A stretch of DNA of 64,000 bases. It comes from Thalia democratica. Taxonomy: Eukaryota. The first letter of the stretch is position 1, and every line of letters begins with the position of its first letter. The notes under the pieces are model-generated. The model was not told the DNA's origin and did no database searches. It was given only the letters and a program-made list of their open reading frames with translations. The DNA lies in assembly GCA_965202585.1 (NCBI GenBank), contig OZ241831.1, forward strand, positions 12,524,001-12,588,000, read 5' to 3'. Positions 42,170 through 55,360 of the stretch are shown in pieces. Position numbers and translations under genes: made by a program.

Positions 42170-42671
42170 GGGTAGGTGTCACTTTTGCACAAGGAAACAC
42201 TTTTTCACAAGGAGACACTTTTACACAGCGTCACTTTTGCACGCAGGGTCACTTTAGCACAAGGAAACACTTTTTTACGGTGTCACTTTTGTACGGAAAA
42301 ACTTTTGCACAGAATGAAAAAAAAAATAATTTTTTTTTAACATTTTTTTTTTGCTATCAATTTTACCCTTAACCCTTACCCTCGGTCGGTAAAGTTTAAT
42401 TTCTTTTTTGTTTTTTTTTAATTAATATTTTGTAATTATTATTTTCCTGTTCTTTTTATTAATAAGCTTTATTAGATTTTTTTTTTCTATCACTGTTACC
42501 CCTAACCCTTACCCTCGGTCGGTAACTTTTTTTTTTACTCAAATATTTTTTTTTCTTTCTGTTTATTTTTTTTTCACTCTCGTGCAAAAATGACCCCTCG
42601 TGCTAAAGTGTCCCCTCGCACTAAAGTGACGCTCGTTCGAAAGTATTGCCGTGCAAAAGTGACCCGTTCCC
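42170..42671. mobile_element. Foldback/Mutator-like MITE inserted in duplication copy 2
   Basis: Absent from the homologous site in copy 1 (about 34262-34270). Flanked by aaggacaat at 42157-42165 and 42672-42680, plus an extra caat on the left. GGG...CCC termini, inverted arrays of cacttttgcac/gtgcaaaagtg, internal (ta)acccttaccctcggtcgg repeats. Confidence 0.85.
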
Positions 42672-43091
42672 AAGGACAATACATATAGAAATATAATGTA
42701 TGCACCAACACTTGTTTTACCTTAATGGAAAAGAAACATATTATTTCCTAAATAATTTAGTATCTTTTTTAAGTACCTACATGATAAAATTTTATAACGC
42801 TTTTATTTAAAATAATATATTACTTTCTGATACATACTCAAACTTTATTGAAATTATTTTAGCATGTATTATACTTAAACTTTCAAAACAGCTGTATATT
42901 AGGAACTGATGTCTAAAATATAAAATTTTAAAGCTGAAGATAAAGTTTTACATAAAAAATGCCTACCACTACATGTTTGTTTTTTATTGAAATTTATATA
43001 ATTAAGTTTTTTTAATAAATTATTTTAATCATTTTCTTTAATCTTATAAAAACTATACGTGTTTTAAAATGTTATGTTGTATAGTTATTAC

Positions 43092-43200
43092 AGTTTATTG
43101 AATGATAAAAAACGCTCAAAATATTTGGTCCTAGGACTTGGTGCACGAAGAACCTTTCGGTTATCGAATCGCACACCACTTGGATACTTTCAACGTCTTG
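43092..43200 (-). repeat. Short interspersed repeat, copy carried by the tandem duplication
   Basis: Homologous position to 34710-34819. Confidence 0.8.
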
Positions 43201-44150
43201 TAGACTTTGTTTACTTTAAGACTTGACTTTTTGCTGCTTTAAAACTTCTATTATAAATAACTTACTTGTCATTTTTTATGAAGAACAAACTGAAAGATTT
43301 TACTTTTCACAAACAACTTAGAAAATTAAATAAAAAATTTAACACGTATAAAAATGTTTTAAATTAATAATATTTTAGTTCCAAATTTTTTTAAATGAAG
43401 GCAAAATCTTACTTGTTACAGCCAAAAACTGTTCTCAACAAATAATTTTCTTTACTACTTGTATTCATAAATTAAGTGTAGTTTCAAAGTGCATACGCAT
43501 TGTCGTACTTTTAACAGTTCTTAGGTTCTTAACTGTGCTGAAGCTGGATATTGGACTTCTTGATAAACTCATTAAATTTACTTCACATTCTGATTAACAT
43601 GTTCACTTTAGCACTTTCAGTTACACGGCATTATAAACTCAGAAAATTAATACTCTTATATAAAAATTAAAGGGATGTACCTCAGAAAATTAAAAATTTC
43701 TTCGTTTCACTAAATTTTAGTGAACAGTAAAATTGTTTTTATGCACACCATATTGCACAGCTGCACTCATGAGAACCACTGCCTTAAACAATGCTCTATA
43801 AAAACTTATCATTTAAGAAGCTATTTTAAATGTCACTTTTCCAAATGTATGCATCCGTGCAAAGTAAAAGTTTTTTATTGTCTACCGAACAGATATCGCA
43901 AACATGTATAACTTATAGTTTGTTTAAATGTTAATCGAGTAAAGTTCTTTAAATTATTTTTATAACTAATAAGGATGTATAAACTTTTAATACAATTTTG
44001 TATATATTTTTATGAGTATTTTGATTTAGCAACCATAAAAACCAAGGTTATGTCATTTAAGGCAAAGATAAAAAGTTATTTTTTATTCCAATAAAAAATA
44101 CACCAAGTTGTATTTTACTTACATTACGGAAGTACAAATTGTAAATCAAT

Positions 44151-45185
44151 ATGAAGACATACGAAGAAGTATTCAATAAAGATCACAGCTGGTACGAGTA
44201 AGTAAATTGTATTTACTCTTATTTATAAGAAAAATTTTTTAAGTTTTAAAATTTGTGTATTGTGTATGTTTGTAGCTCAAATGACAACAAAGTCAGTAAG
44301 TGACCTAAGACTAGATTTTTTATACTTTCAAAAAGCTACGCTTATAAATTTAGATATAAAAATATAGAAAAAAGCTTAAGTATCTTTAGTTTATTGTTTA
44401 AACATATTTCCTTAAACTTATTTTAACTTCTGTTAATGTATATTGTTAATTGATATCAAAAAAGTATCTATGTAAAACACACTTTCAAGCTGGCCTTATA
44501 GTTTTCAATACTTTTTGTTAACCTAATTATCTAATGTTGTAACATATAGACTCTTTCTTTAACGACTAGTTTAAGTCTTTATAAACATGAGAATTGTGCT
44601 TATTGAGACCACTTTATTAAATCTATGTCTGTTTTTATATTACAACAAGTAAAAATTCTTTACAGTGACGTTGTTGCGTAGGAAAAGAGCCAAACGACTG
44701 AAAAAAGCTCTGACTCGGAATGCCACTCCGAGAATGACCAAGTACCAGAGTTCGAAGTTCTTAGAGAAATTTTAAACAATCATGACATCAAATGGCCAGA
44801 TATTGTTGATGAAAGCGAATGTAGCAGTGCTAGCTCGTCTTTCTACTTAGCTTCAATAACCGAAGAAAGCAATGAAAACGATCAAACCAGTGTAGATGTA
44901 GAAGAAAAGAAAGTCAATATTGCGAAAGGAAGAAAAATCGACGAGACTGAAAAGAGGCTTGAGAAAGCAAGCAAGCTGCTAATGATGAAAAAATTTCTTT
45001 GGCACGATTCTTGCAGATGCTGAACCCAACTGGGGAGTGGTTTCCCGAAGACACAAAACTTAGTTTTGAGTTCGAGAAGGAAAGTATAGAAACCAACGCC
45101 ATCGAAATGATTGTGAAAGATTTTTCTGGACCTGATTGGAGTAGTCCTTTTTCTGTTTGAGTTCAATAGTGACATTGAAGCTTAA
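44151..45185 (+). pseudogene. Disrupted copy of the 188-aa acidic-protein gene
   Basis: Same exon structure (44151-44197, 44666-45185), but TGG->TAG at 44679-44681, a 1-nt deletion near 44981 (ctaGatgat -> ctaatgat) and further indels downstream. Confidence 0.8.
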
Positions 45186-46876
45186 AATTTTATATTTTCA
45201 ATAAAAATGATAAATACAGTAGTAAAGCATTGTTTACATAAAGCTTAAATTCTTTAAATATTAGATAACCACTTCATTCGAAACAAAAGCTTTAAAACTT
45301 TTGCAATCTTATTGTTTTGAAATGTGGAAAAAACGTAAATTTTACGAAGTTTCTTGCTTACAATGACAAATCATCATATTTGCTTTTAGTATTTGATTAG
45401 TTTCCGGCTTTAAACTCTAATTTTAAGCAGGGCCTTTTAAAATAACGGGCTAATTTTTGTAAAATAAAGTTGCTTGTGGGCTGCAGGATTTAGAAAAATG
45501 TCTTCCAAGGGCCGAAAAAACGGAAATTAGTTGTAATAAACAACATAAAAAATACTATTCAAAATATGAAGCTACTTTTAAAAAATTAATATGTATATAT
45601 AATTGTTCAAAATATAGATTTAATCGTTTGCTAACAAAGGATCCAAGTGATCAAGTTCACCTGAATATAAATAAAAACAAATTACACAGTAATCTTCCCT
45701 TATTGTACCAATATAAGTTTCTGTGTGTAAACGAATCAACACACTTCAATTGATGAATTTGTTTATATTTGTATGTATATCTACTTAGGAGTTTATTACA
45801 TATTTTTTTGTAGATCAGTGTTAAGACTTTTTACCATAAAAATATAGTTCATTATTTTTAACTTGTTTTTCAAAATTTCTACTGTTTTAGCTTTGTCCTA
45901 GTATGTTGAAAAGTTTCTGTTCACATTTGATACCGTAAGAGAAATTCATTTTTATAAATTATTTGTAAATCATTTTTATCTGAAGAAAGCAGTTTGTGAA
46001 TTTTCGGGGTATGAATAAACCTTTTTTTAAATATGGTGTAGGAGTACCACAATATAAAGTCTTAAAACCCTAATTGCTTTTAATACACATTAATGATTTG
46101 TAGAACAATGGGTTCATAGTTTTGCAGATTAAGCACTACTGTAAAGATTATCAAAGAATATCAAAAAATAAATTTGTAAGTAAGTGGCAACTTATAGTTA
46201 GATTTTTTTTAATTAAATTTTAGTAAAAATAAATTTGACCTTACTAAAAATAAATAAAACTAGAAGAACACTATTAAATCAAGAAAAAATAAATCCTTTT
46301 TGTGTAAAATAAAGATTTTCATGTCAATATAGATTTTAAAACTTCTAAGTTAGATAATATTATTTAGTTATAAGTGTTTAAGATTGATTATTATAGTCGT
46401 CTTAACTGGTCACAACATGGCACGCACTTCCTTTTGTTCACTATTCAGAGCGCTTTATTTCTGGAAATCTGGCAACCCTGAATTATTACATATGTTGTTC
46501 TAATAAATTACAAATTTTCTAATTTGCATCACCTCTTCAAGGCTAAACTTAACTTAAATTTTTGCAATGGAGTACTTAGATAGCATATTTTAGTGATTTA
46601 AAAATCAATTTAATGACAATTAAGTTAAGCGGTTGGTAGGAATCAGATTTGCACTTGGCACTAATAGTTTATTATATATTTAATTTTTTGTTTAATAGGT
46701 AATATATTTAGCAATTTTTTCAACTGGTAAAAAAATGTAATACATTTTGTTGATAAAACTAAACTACAAATGGTTATTTTTAAACCACTTCAGTCTGGTT
46801 AAAAAACTATTATAATCTTGGTCTAAAAATACTTTTTTTTAAATTAGATAGTTTAAAATTCATAATAGATCTGGAA

Positions 46877-46991
46877 AAGACGTTAAAAGGTATGCAAGTG
46901 GTGTGCAACTTGATAACCGAAAGGTTTCTTTGTGCACCAGGTACTAGGATCAAATATTTTGAGCGCTGTTTTTGTCGTTTAATAAACTATA
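46877..46991 (+). repeat. Short interspersed repeat, copy
   Basis: Matches 601-714; lies about 50 bp beyond the right end of the duplication. Confidence 0.8.
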
Positions 46992-47470
46992 AGATAGTTT
47001 AAAAGTGATCTAAACTATACAGCAAATAGTGTTAGACCAGTCAATTAATAAATTTCTACTAACATTTTTTAATTAAATACTAAATTATCTTTCACAAATA
47101 GTCTTAATTGTATTGATTTAACATTCATAAACCAATAAGATACATATATATAGACATTTTATTTAAAAAGCTAAATTTATTACAATTTTTTCTCTCCCTT
47201 CTTTAAAAGTTAAAACTTATTTTTCTAATTCTACCAATGTATCAATTTGCTCAGCTACTTAAGAAACAAATAAGTTTTTTTTTCTCGGCTTTATTTTTTT
47301 TAACTTTAAGCATTTTTTAATCTAATCTAAGCAAAACATGTTTAAACTGTAAGAAAAGCAAAAAGTAAACTTATATTAAGGAGATCTTAAACTTCGTTAG
47401 ATTATTAAGTTGGTTTTAATTCAATTTTGTTACTTTTAACTTTTATCAAAATTAAATCTGTTTTAAACTA

Positions 47471-48401
47471 CAGTAACCTCTCGCATCTTTACGCACTCGT
47501 GACGTTACGCACTCTCGTTTAGTTCCCCTTTTTTAAATTCTAAAAGATTCAAAAAATAAAAATTTTAACTTTTCTAATTTTGCACAAATTAGGTTTATTG
47601 TAAGTTTTTAAGTGAAATTAGTATTTTTGCATTTCTAGTTTGTGCTTTTCATAAGGAGCCTACTGAACTCTATTGCTTTTACTTTTATAGCTTAGGTGTC
47701 TTAACACCCCTCCTTTTTTACCTTTATATAAAAAACAATTCAATTCATCAAATTCTTTTGGCATGAAATTTCATTCCTACTCAAAAAATCCATTATTATG
47801 TCTTTGATACAATGCAAGACAAGTTTATTCTTATGTGGGAAAAGGAGAAATTAAAAAAAGTTGTAGTAACATAAACAATTTTTATTAAACATTTTTCTTA
47901 TATTTTATAGATTTTGTTCTAAAGAAGAAATCCATTATAGCACCAAATGCATAATTTTGTAAAAGGCTATAGAAACAAATTTTAATACAGACACCACACC
48001 ATTTCTTAATTGTAAGCAAATACTTTATTATAAATTTAATTTGCAAAGTAGAATAGAATACAAATGTTAAATATCAAATAAGTCACATAAAAATAAAAAT
48101 AAAGATAAAATCTACTTATTATCAAAATTAGTAAAATTTTTCTACAAGTATTATTGTTTAATATGAATTTAAATCCTTTTTTTTTATATGTATAGTTTTG
48201 TCTTTTGTTTTTATATTTATAAATAAAATAAACAAATTGTTAATAGTGGGAAAGTCCCCAGTCTGCTTTTACCTAGAAGCAATATCAAAAAACAGCCATT
48301 ATAGTAAGTATATTTGGTACCTCTCGTATTTCTACGATCTATCGTATCTTTACGCACTTTTTCTGTGGAAACAATGTGCGTAAATAAGCGAGATGTTACT
48401 G
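47471..48401. mobile_element. Non-autonomous Tc1/mariner (pogo/Tigger-like) element with TA target duplication
   Basis: ta|cagtaacctctcgcatctttacgcac ... gtgcgtaaataagcgagatgttactg|ta: ~26-bp TIRs starting CAGT. No intact transposase ORF. Confidence 0.75.
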
Positions 48402-50797
48402 TAAATATGTTTAAACTCACAAAAATACCAAATATTTTGGTTTTTGAAAAGGTCTATAGTTTCATTAGTTTTACAAACTTTCTTCAACCAAAAGCTTCCA
48501 AATGTGCTCTAAAAAAACATCCGTGCTAGATTTAAGTTTGCATGGCCCATTTAATAAAAATCTATACTCCAATTCGTGTTTTAGTGCATTAATGATTTTT
48601 TCTACTAGCGCTTTAAAACTATATCAATAAAATATTTATTTTACATTAAGCACAATTTAAAAACTCAGAAAAGTAGGAAACAAAAGAATTACGTGAAGTA
48701 GATTTCAAATAGTAAGCTAAAATTTAAAATTATATTAATTTAAGAACTTGTAGTTGTAATCAAACCAATGTATTGAAATAGTAAATTGATATCATAATAA
48801 CAAATTTAAATAGTACTTTTTCTTTATTACACTAACACATGTTTCTGTGTGTTATCAAGTTAATACACTTCAACGGATCTCTGTAGAAAAATAAAATACT
48901 GTAAGGAAAGAATTGAAGCTAAAGTAGGTACACATATATATATAGTTTTTTTTTTGTTTTATAAACAATTATATTTTAAAACAAAAAAAATTATTTAGAT
49001 TTACAAGTCTTTTTATTGAAAAAATAACAAAAATACATTTCATAAAACTTTGTTTAAGCAAAAAACGTTTCCAGTGTTAAACACATCTGCATTAAAGTAA
49101 TTAAAATATTATAGCTTGTGAAAACTTGAGCACGTTAAAAAACTACAAAGTGTTTCGAGATATCTTGTCGGTCTTGACGAATTCTTCTGTTTATTTGAAA
49201 TTAGATTTTACTAAAACACTTAAAGGTTTTAAAAAACTGACTTGATATTAATGCACAAACTGTTTGATTTAAAAGTTTTGTTTGACAAGTTTACAAATGT
49301 TCAATTAATTTTGCAAGCAGTGAAATTTAACTTTCTTCAATTAGAAGGTGTTATACAAACGTTATAAGCAAATACTTCTTTATTTTTAAACTAAACTTAA
49401 ATCCTTAAATTGCAATATTTTTAGAATTATCTTAGTACCTAAAGAAAAACAGTTTTTAGGTCTAATTATGCGTATTAACAACACGAAAAATGGTCACGGT
49501 AACTATTTAATAGTGTTAACACATAGAATCATTTAAAAAACATTTAAAATTTATCTTTTTCGATTAGTTTATTGAACATAAAACAAAGATCTATCTTAAT
49601 AGACATAAAAACTAAAACCGACGCTAAACATGAATAAAAAAATTAGTGAAAACTATTATCAATTGAACAGTAATTTAAGGTAACAATTTAACTTGTAAAC
49701 TTTTTTCAAGTTTTTATGTCACAGACTTAGTAAATATACCTCAAATAGCAACATCTATTTACAGATAAATCACTAATATTCCAAGTGTAATATGAATACT
49801 ATAATTGCTATAATCTAGACTGGGTCTAATGTCATTCGAAGTCATTTAACCGAATTAGAAAGGTCTGTCCTTTGATTTAAAATTTCAATTTAATTTTTTT
49901 GTGTTTATTAAATTAGCAGATTTTCATTCGCAAAAAATTAACAAGATTAGTATTTTATCATGTTTATAGATTGTTTACAGGTTTTTGATGGTCTAACTAA
50001 AAAAATCTTCACTGTTTTATGTATATCTAAAACTTACTAATAGTACGGTTTTGACTAGAAAAGTATTTAGCTAAATAATTTACTGCTTTTTTTAAATTAA
50101 TTTCCATTGAACAAATTTTTAGGAATCATTGACTGTGTTCGGCTTTAGCTTTTACGCCGCCATGTAGACAACGAAGTTATGAAGGAAATAAATTTCCGTC
50201 CCTTTATCTAATTCTCCTGTTTAGCTACGCTTAAATGGAAGCATTCAAAATTATAATTTTAATATCATGAAGTGATATAACACTCATTGGTCTAAAGATT
50301 TGTGGTTTCAATCTTTTTTTTTAGTGACCGTGATAAATAATGATAACTAATAAATAACCTAGATACTTTTAGTGTTTACCTAATCACCTGTGATTATTAT
50401 TGGTTTTAATCGGTCGCATTTCCTTAATAAGCAGACCAGTCTGAAATTTTATAACAGTCCATAAGGTTGTGCAAATTTAAATAAAAGAATTGAAAAATAG
50501 ATACTTCTTTATATTAACTTTATATTTAAATTTAACTAGACAATGGTAACAGGTGCTTTTAAAATTGCTAATATTTCAATTGATATTTTGATTTGATAAC
50601 TTGGTGAATTAACTCTACATCAATTTAGGATAAAGGGGACGTTGATTTTTACAACACGGTGGCCACTGGTTTTCTGAAATTATTCCAGGTTTTCGAAAAT
50701 ACACACTTTTGGGTCTATTTTTTGTTTTAAGATAAGTTTAAAAACTGTAGCAAGTAGTATAACAACACTGAGAAGATACTGTAAAGCTGCTTTAAAT

Positions 50798-51022
50798 GGG
50801 AAGGGGTCAAAATTGCACGAAGACAATTTTGCACCAAGGGTCAATTTTGCACGAGAGTAAAAAAAATAAAAATAAATTAATAAAAAACAAAAAAGTTATA
50901 AGACCGAGGGTAAGGGGTCACAGTGATAGTTGAAAAAAAATTCAACCTGTGCAAAATTGTCTGCTCGTGCAAAAGTGTCTTTGCGCAATTTTATCCCATC
51001 GTGCAATTTTGTCAGCTACCCA
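50798..51022. mobile_element. Shorter member of the same Foldback/Mutator-like MITE family
   Basis: gggaaggggtcaaaattgcacga ... tcgtgcaattttgtcagctaccc. Flanked by ctttaaat (50790-50797 and 51023-51030); internal gaccgagggtaagggg is shared with 42170-42671. Confidence 0.75.
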
Positions 51023-51499
51023 CTTTAAATATGCTTTTTTTATCTTAATGATAGATTTTTTGTGTCGAATAAAAACTTAACTATTTAAAATTTATAGTTG
51101 TTTAAAATTAGAATTTTTTCATAACTTTTTTTAGTTATTTTTGTTCATAATTCCAGGTATTTTTTTGCCCAAATTGTCAAATTCAATGTTAAGTGACATT
51201 ACAAGACCATTTTATTTTGTACAGTAATTCTGAGCTATCAGATTCTCAACTATTTTAAACAAGGTTTAATTTAATTTTCGTTATATAAACGATCAAGGTC
51301 GTTGGCCTCAATAAGTTACTAATAGGTGCACATCAAAAAAATTATTTCAAAAAAATCTATCTTCACCTTAGTTTATAAATTTAATTTCAAAAATTAATAT
51401 TTAGATCGATTGAATACAGGAATTTTTTACTTTCAAAATTAAAAATTTTATAAAAAAAACCACCTGTATTTTGTTTTTAACTTCAACATCTTAAGTTTG

Positions 51500-51650
51500 A
51501 ATTACTAAAGGAATGTTTCCTGAAAATTTGAGACCTCTACCTCAAAAAATAAAGAAAATAGATATATAATGAATTTTCAAGACTTTCTATAAAATTGCGG
51601 TCCATACGCTTGTATTGGAAACTTTCAACAAAACATTTATATCTCAAAAA
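51500..51650. repeat. Fragment related to the palindromic TTAA MITE
   Basis: aggaatgtttcctgaaaatttgag and tatatctcaaaaat motifs are shared with 54692-55360; no partner arm seen. Confidence 0.4.
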
Positions 51651-52362
51651 TAAAGAAAAATCTTATATTTTGTAACTAGGATGAAGATCCCTTTCAATCA
51701 AATACCATTGTTTAGGTTTAATAAAAGCTTGGAAAAATTAACTAATCAGACCTTTGTTATTGAAGTTCTATTAACCTGATAGTCTCACCTATGAAAAGTA
51801 TTTACCGACAGGACATACTATATATTAATTTAATTTAGTTACATTAAAATATTAATAACATTCATAAATAAACGTGCCAAGCTGCTATTAAATCCATTAA
51901 TAATCTTAAAACCTATTTCAGATGTTTATCCACTGCTTTATGCCAACACAAATCTTCAGGTCAAATAATTTACTAAGAACTAAAATGAAACCTTTGTCAA
52001 AACTATGCTTTAAATGTCCTAAGTCTAGATGAAGATCTTAGTTAGCTTTTTTTGTTTGATACATAACAAATACTTCCCTATTCTACAATTGCTTTTCAAC
52101 GATTTTCTGAATTGTAAGTAACTTAACTTAAAATAAAACCAACTTAATATACCTAATAATAAATGAAAGCTTCGAGGGTAATAAAAAAGTCTATTCTCAC
52201 TAGCTAGAAAAAGAGCAACAATAAAATAAAAACAACTTTTTATTGAATTAATAATCTTACAGGAATCACATTGCAAACATATATATAAACGAAAACACAT
52301 CAAACTTAATTAACAGACACAATCACACGTGAAAAATTTATAAATTTTTTTATTTTTATTTT

Positions 52363-53911
<1,549 letters not shown>

Positions 53912-54691
53912 TTACAACAATTAGAAAAAGCTGCAAAAATTTAGAGTTAAATAAATTGTTGAATTTAAAAACTTATTAAATATGTCAAAGTGAAGCTAGT
54001 AAACAAACTTTTAGAAGATAATCAGTGTCTTAAAACCATTAAAATAAATAGAAGCTAAAAACTTTCAGTCTAGTTTAAATATCAACATTAACAATAAGTT
54101 TATTTTTTTGATTAATTAAGCTTTATATCACATACAAAAACTTGGTTTTATTGTTTATCATTCCTTTTTGATGTTTATCACTGCGTTCGGGACAAGTCTG
54201 AAGTTTGTCATTAAAAAATTTTGAATTAGATAAACTGATTTTTTTTATCAAATTAACTAAAATTTTAGCTTGATTCACTAAATATCAAAGAGTTTTGAAA
54301 TACTTAAATTGTAAAACAGTTGCATTACTTGAAATACTTTAGTCAAACCCTTTTTAAAGATTGAGGGCAGAACTCATTTTTACACAAAACATGTGCTTCT
54401 TATCATATTTATTTTGAATCAAAATGGCCAGTATTATCTAGAAATTATTTTCAAAAATATTCTTTGTATTAAAATTTATTGTTTATTTTATATATAGGTG
54501 GGTAATTGTTTAACTCTTTCTTTGATTTGATCAGAAAAGCAATTTTATAAAAAATACTCTAGTAACTTGTACATACTGCTAATTTTTTTATTTAAAATCT
54601 ACTTTTAAAACCCAACGTTTAAAAATAACTCAACTTAAAAATAATTGGTTAGATCCATTTACTATGTCTCACTATTAAGGTAATAAATTAA

Positions 54692-55360
54692 GGGCATAGG
54701 GGGGGTAAACACCCTTTTTTGGGTTTTTACCTTATTTTATATAGTTTTTACTAAGCTACAAGATGCTTTTTACAGATTTTAAAAATTTAAAATAATTTTT
54801 GAGATATAGCCGGTCAAAGTTGGAGGCAACAATAGGAACCTTATGGGAGGCGCAAACTACAACAGCAAATAACTAGAAATCACTAAAAATCTATCTTCTA
54901 CGTTTTTAGAGATAACTACTTCAAATTTTCAGGAAATGTTCCTTGCAATATTTAGAAAATTCTGTCGGAACGGAATTTAAAAAAAATAAAAATTTTATAA
55001 CAAAAAAACTAAAAAAAAACTGTTTTTTTTGTTTATTTTTTATATAAAATTTTTATTTTTAATATTTTTTAAATTCCTTCCGACAGAATTTTCTAAATAT
55101 ATTAAGGAACATTTCCTGAAAATTTGAGGTAGTTATCTCAAAAAACGTAGGAGAAGATAGATTTTTAGTAAAACAGTCTATTTTTGCCGTTTTAGTTTGC
55201 GCCTCCCATAAGGAACCTGTTGTTGCCTCCAACTTTGACCGGCTATATCTCAAAAATTATTTTGAATTTTTAAAATCTGTAAAAAGCATCTTGTAGCTTA
55301 GTAAAAACAATATAAAATAAGATATAAAACCAAAAAAGGTTGTTTACCCCCCCTATGCCC
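54692..55360. mobile_element. 669-bp near-perfect palindromic MITE with TTAA target duplication (Kolobok-like termini)
   Basis: TTAA at 54688-54691 and 55361-55364; starts gggcataggggggg and ends ccccccctatgccc. The two halves are reverse complements around a centre near 55021. Confidence 0.9.

Larger units (their letters stand above)
38439..46824. repeat. Tandem segmental duplication, copy 2 (~8.4 kb including a ~0.5 kb MITE insertion)
   Basis: Ends ...cagtctggttaaaaaactattataatcttggtct, matching the end of copy 1 at about 38401-38435. Confidence 0.95.

Noticed and set aside
55059-55253. 64-aa ORF within the hairpin element
   Set aside because: Lies in one arm of a non-coding MITE; no transposase features.
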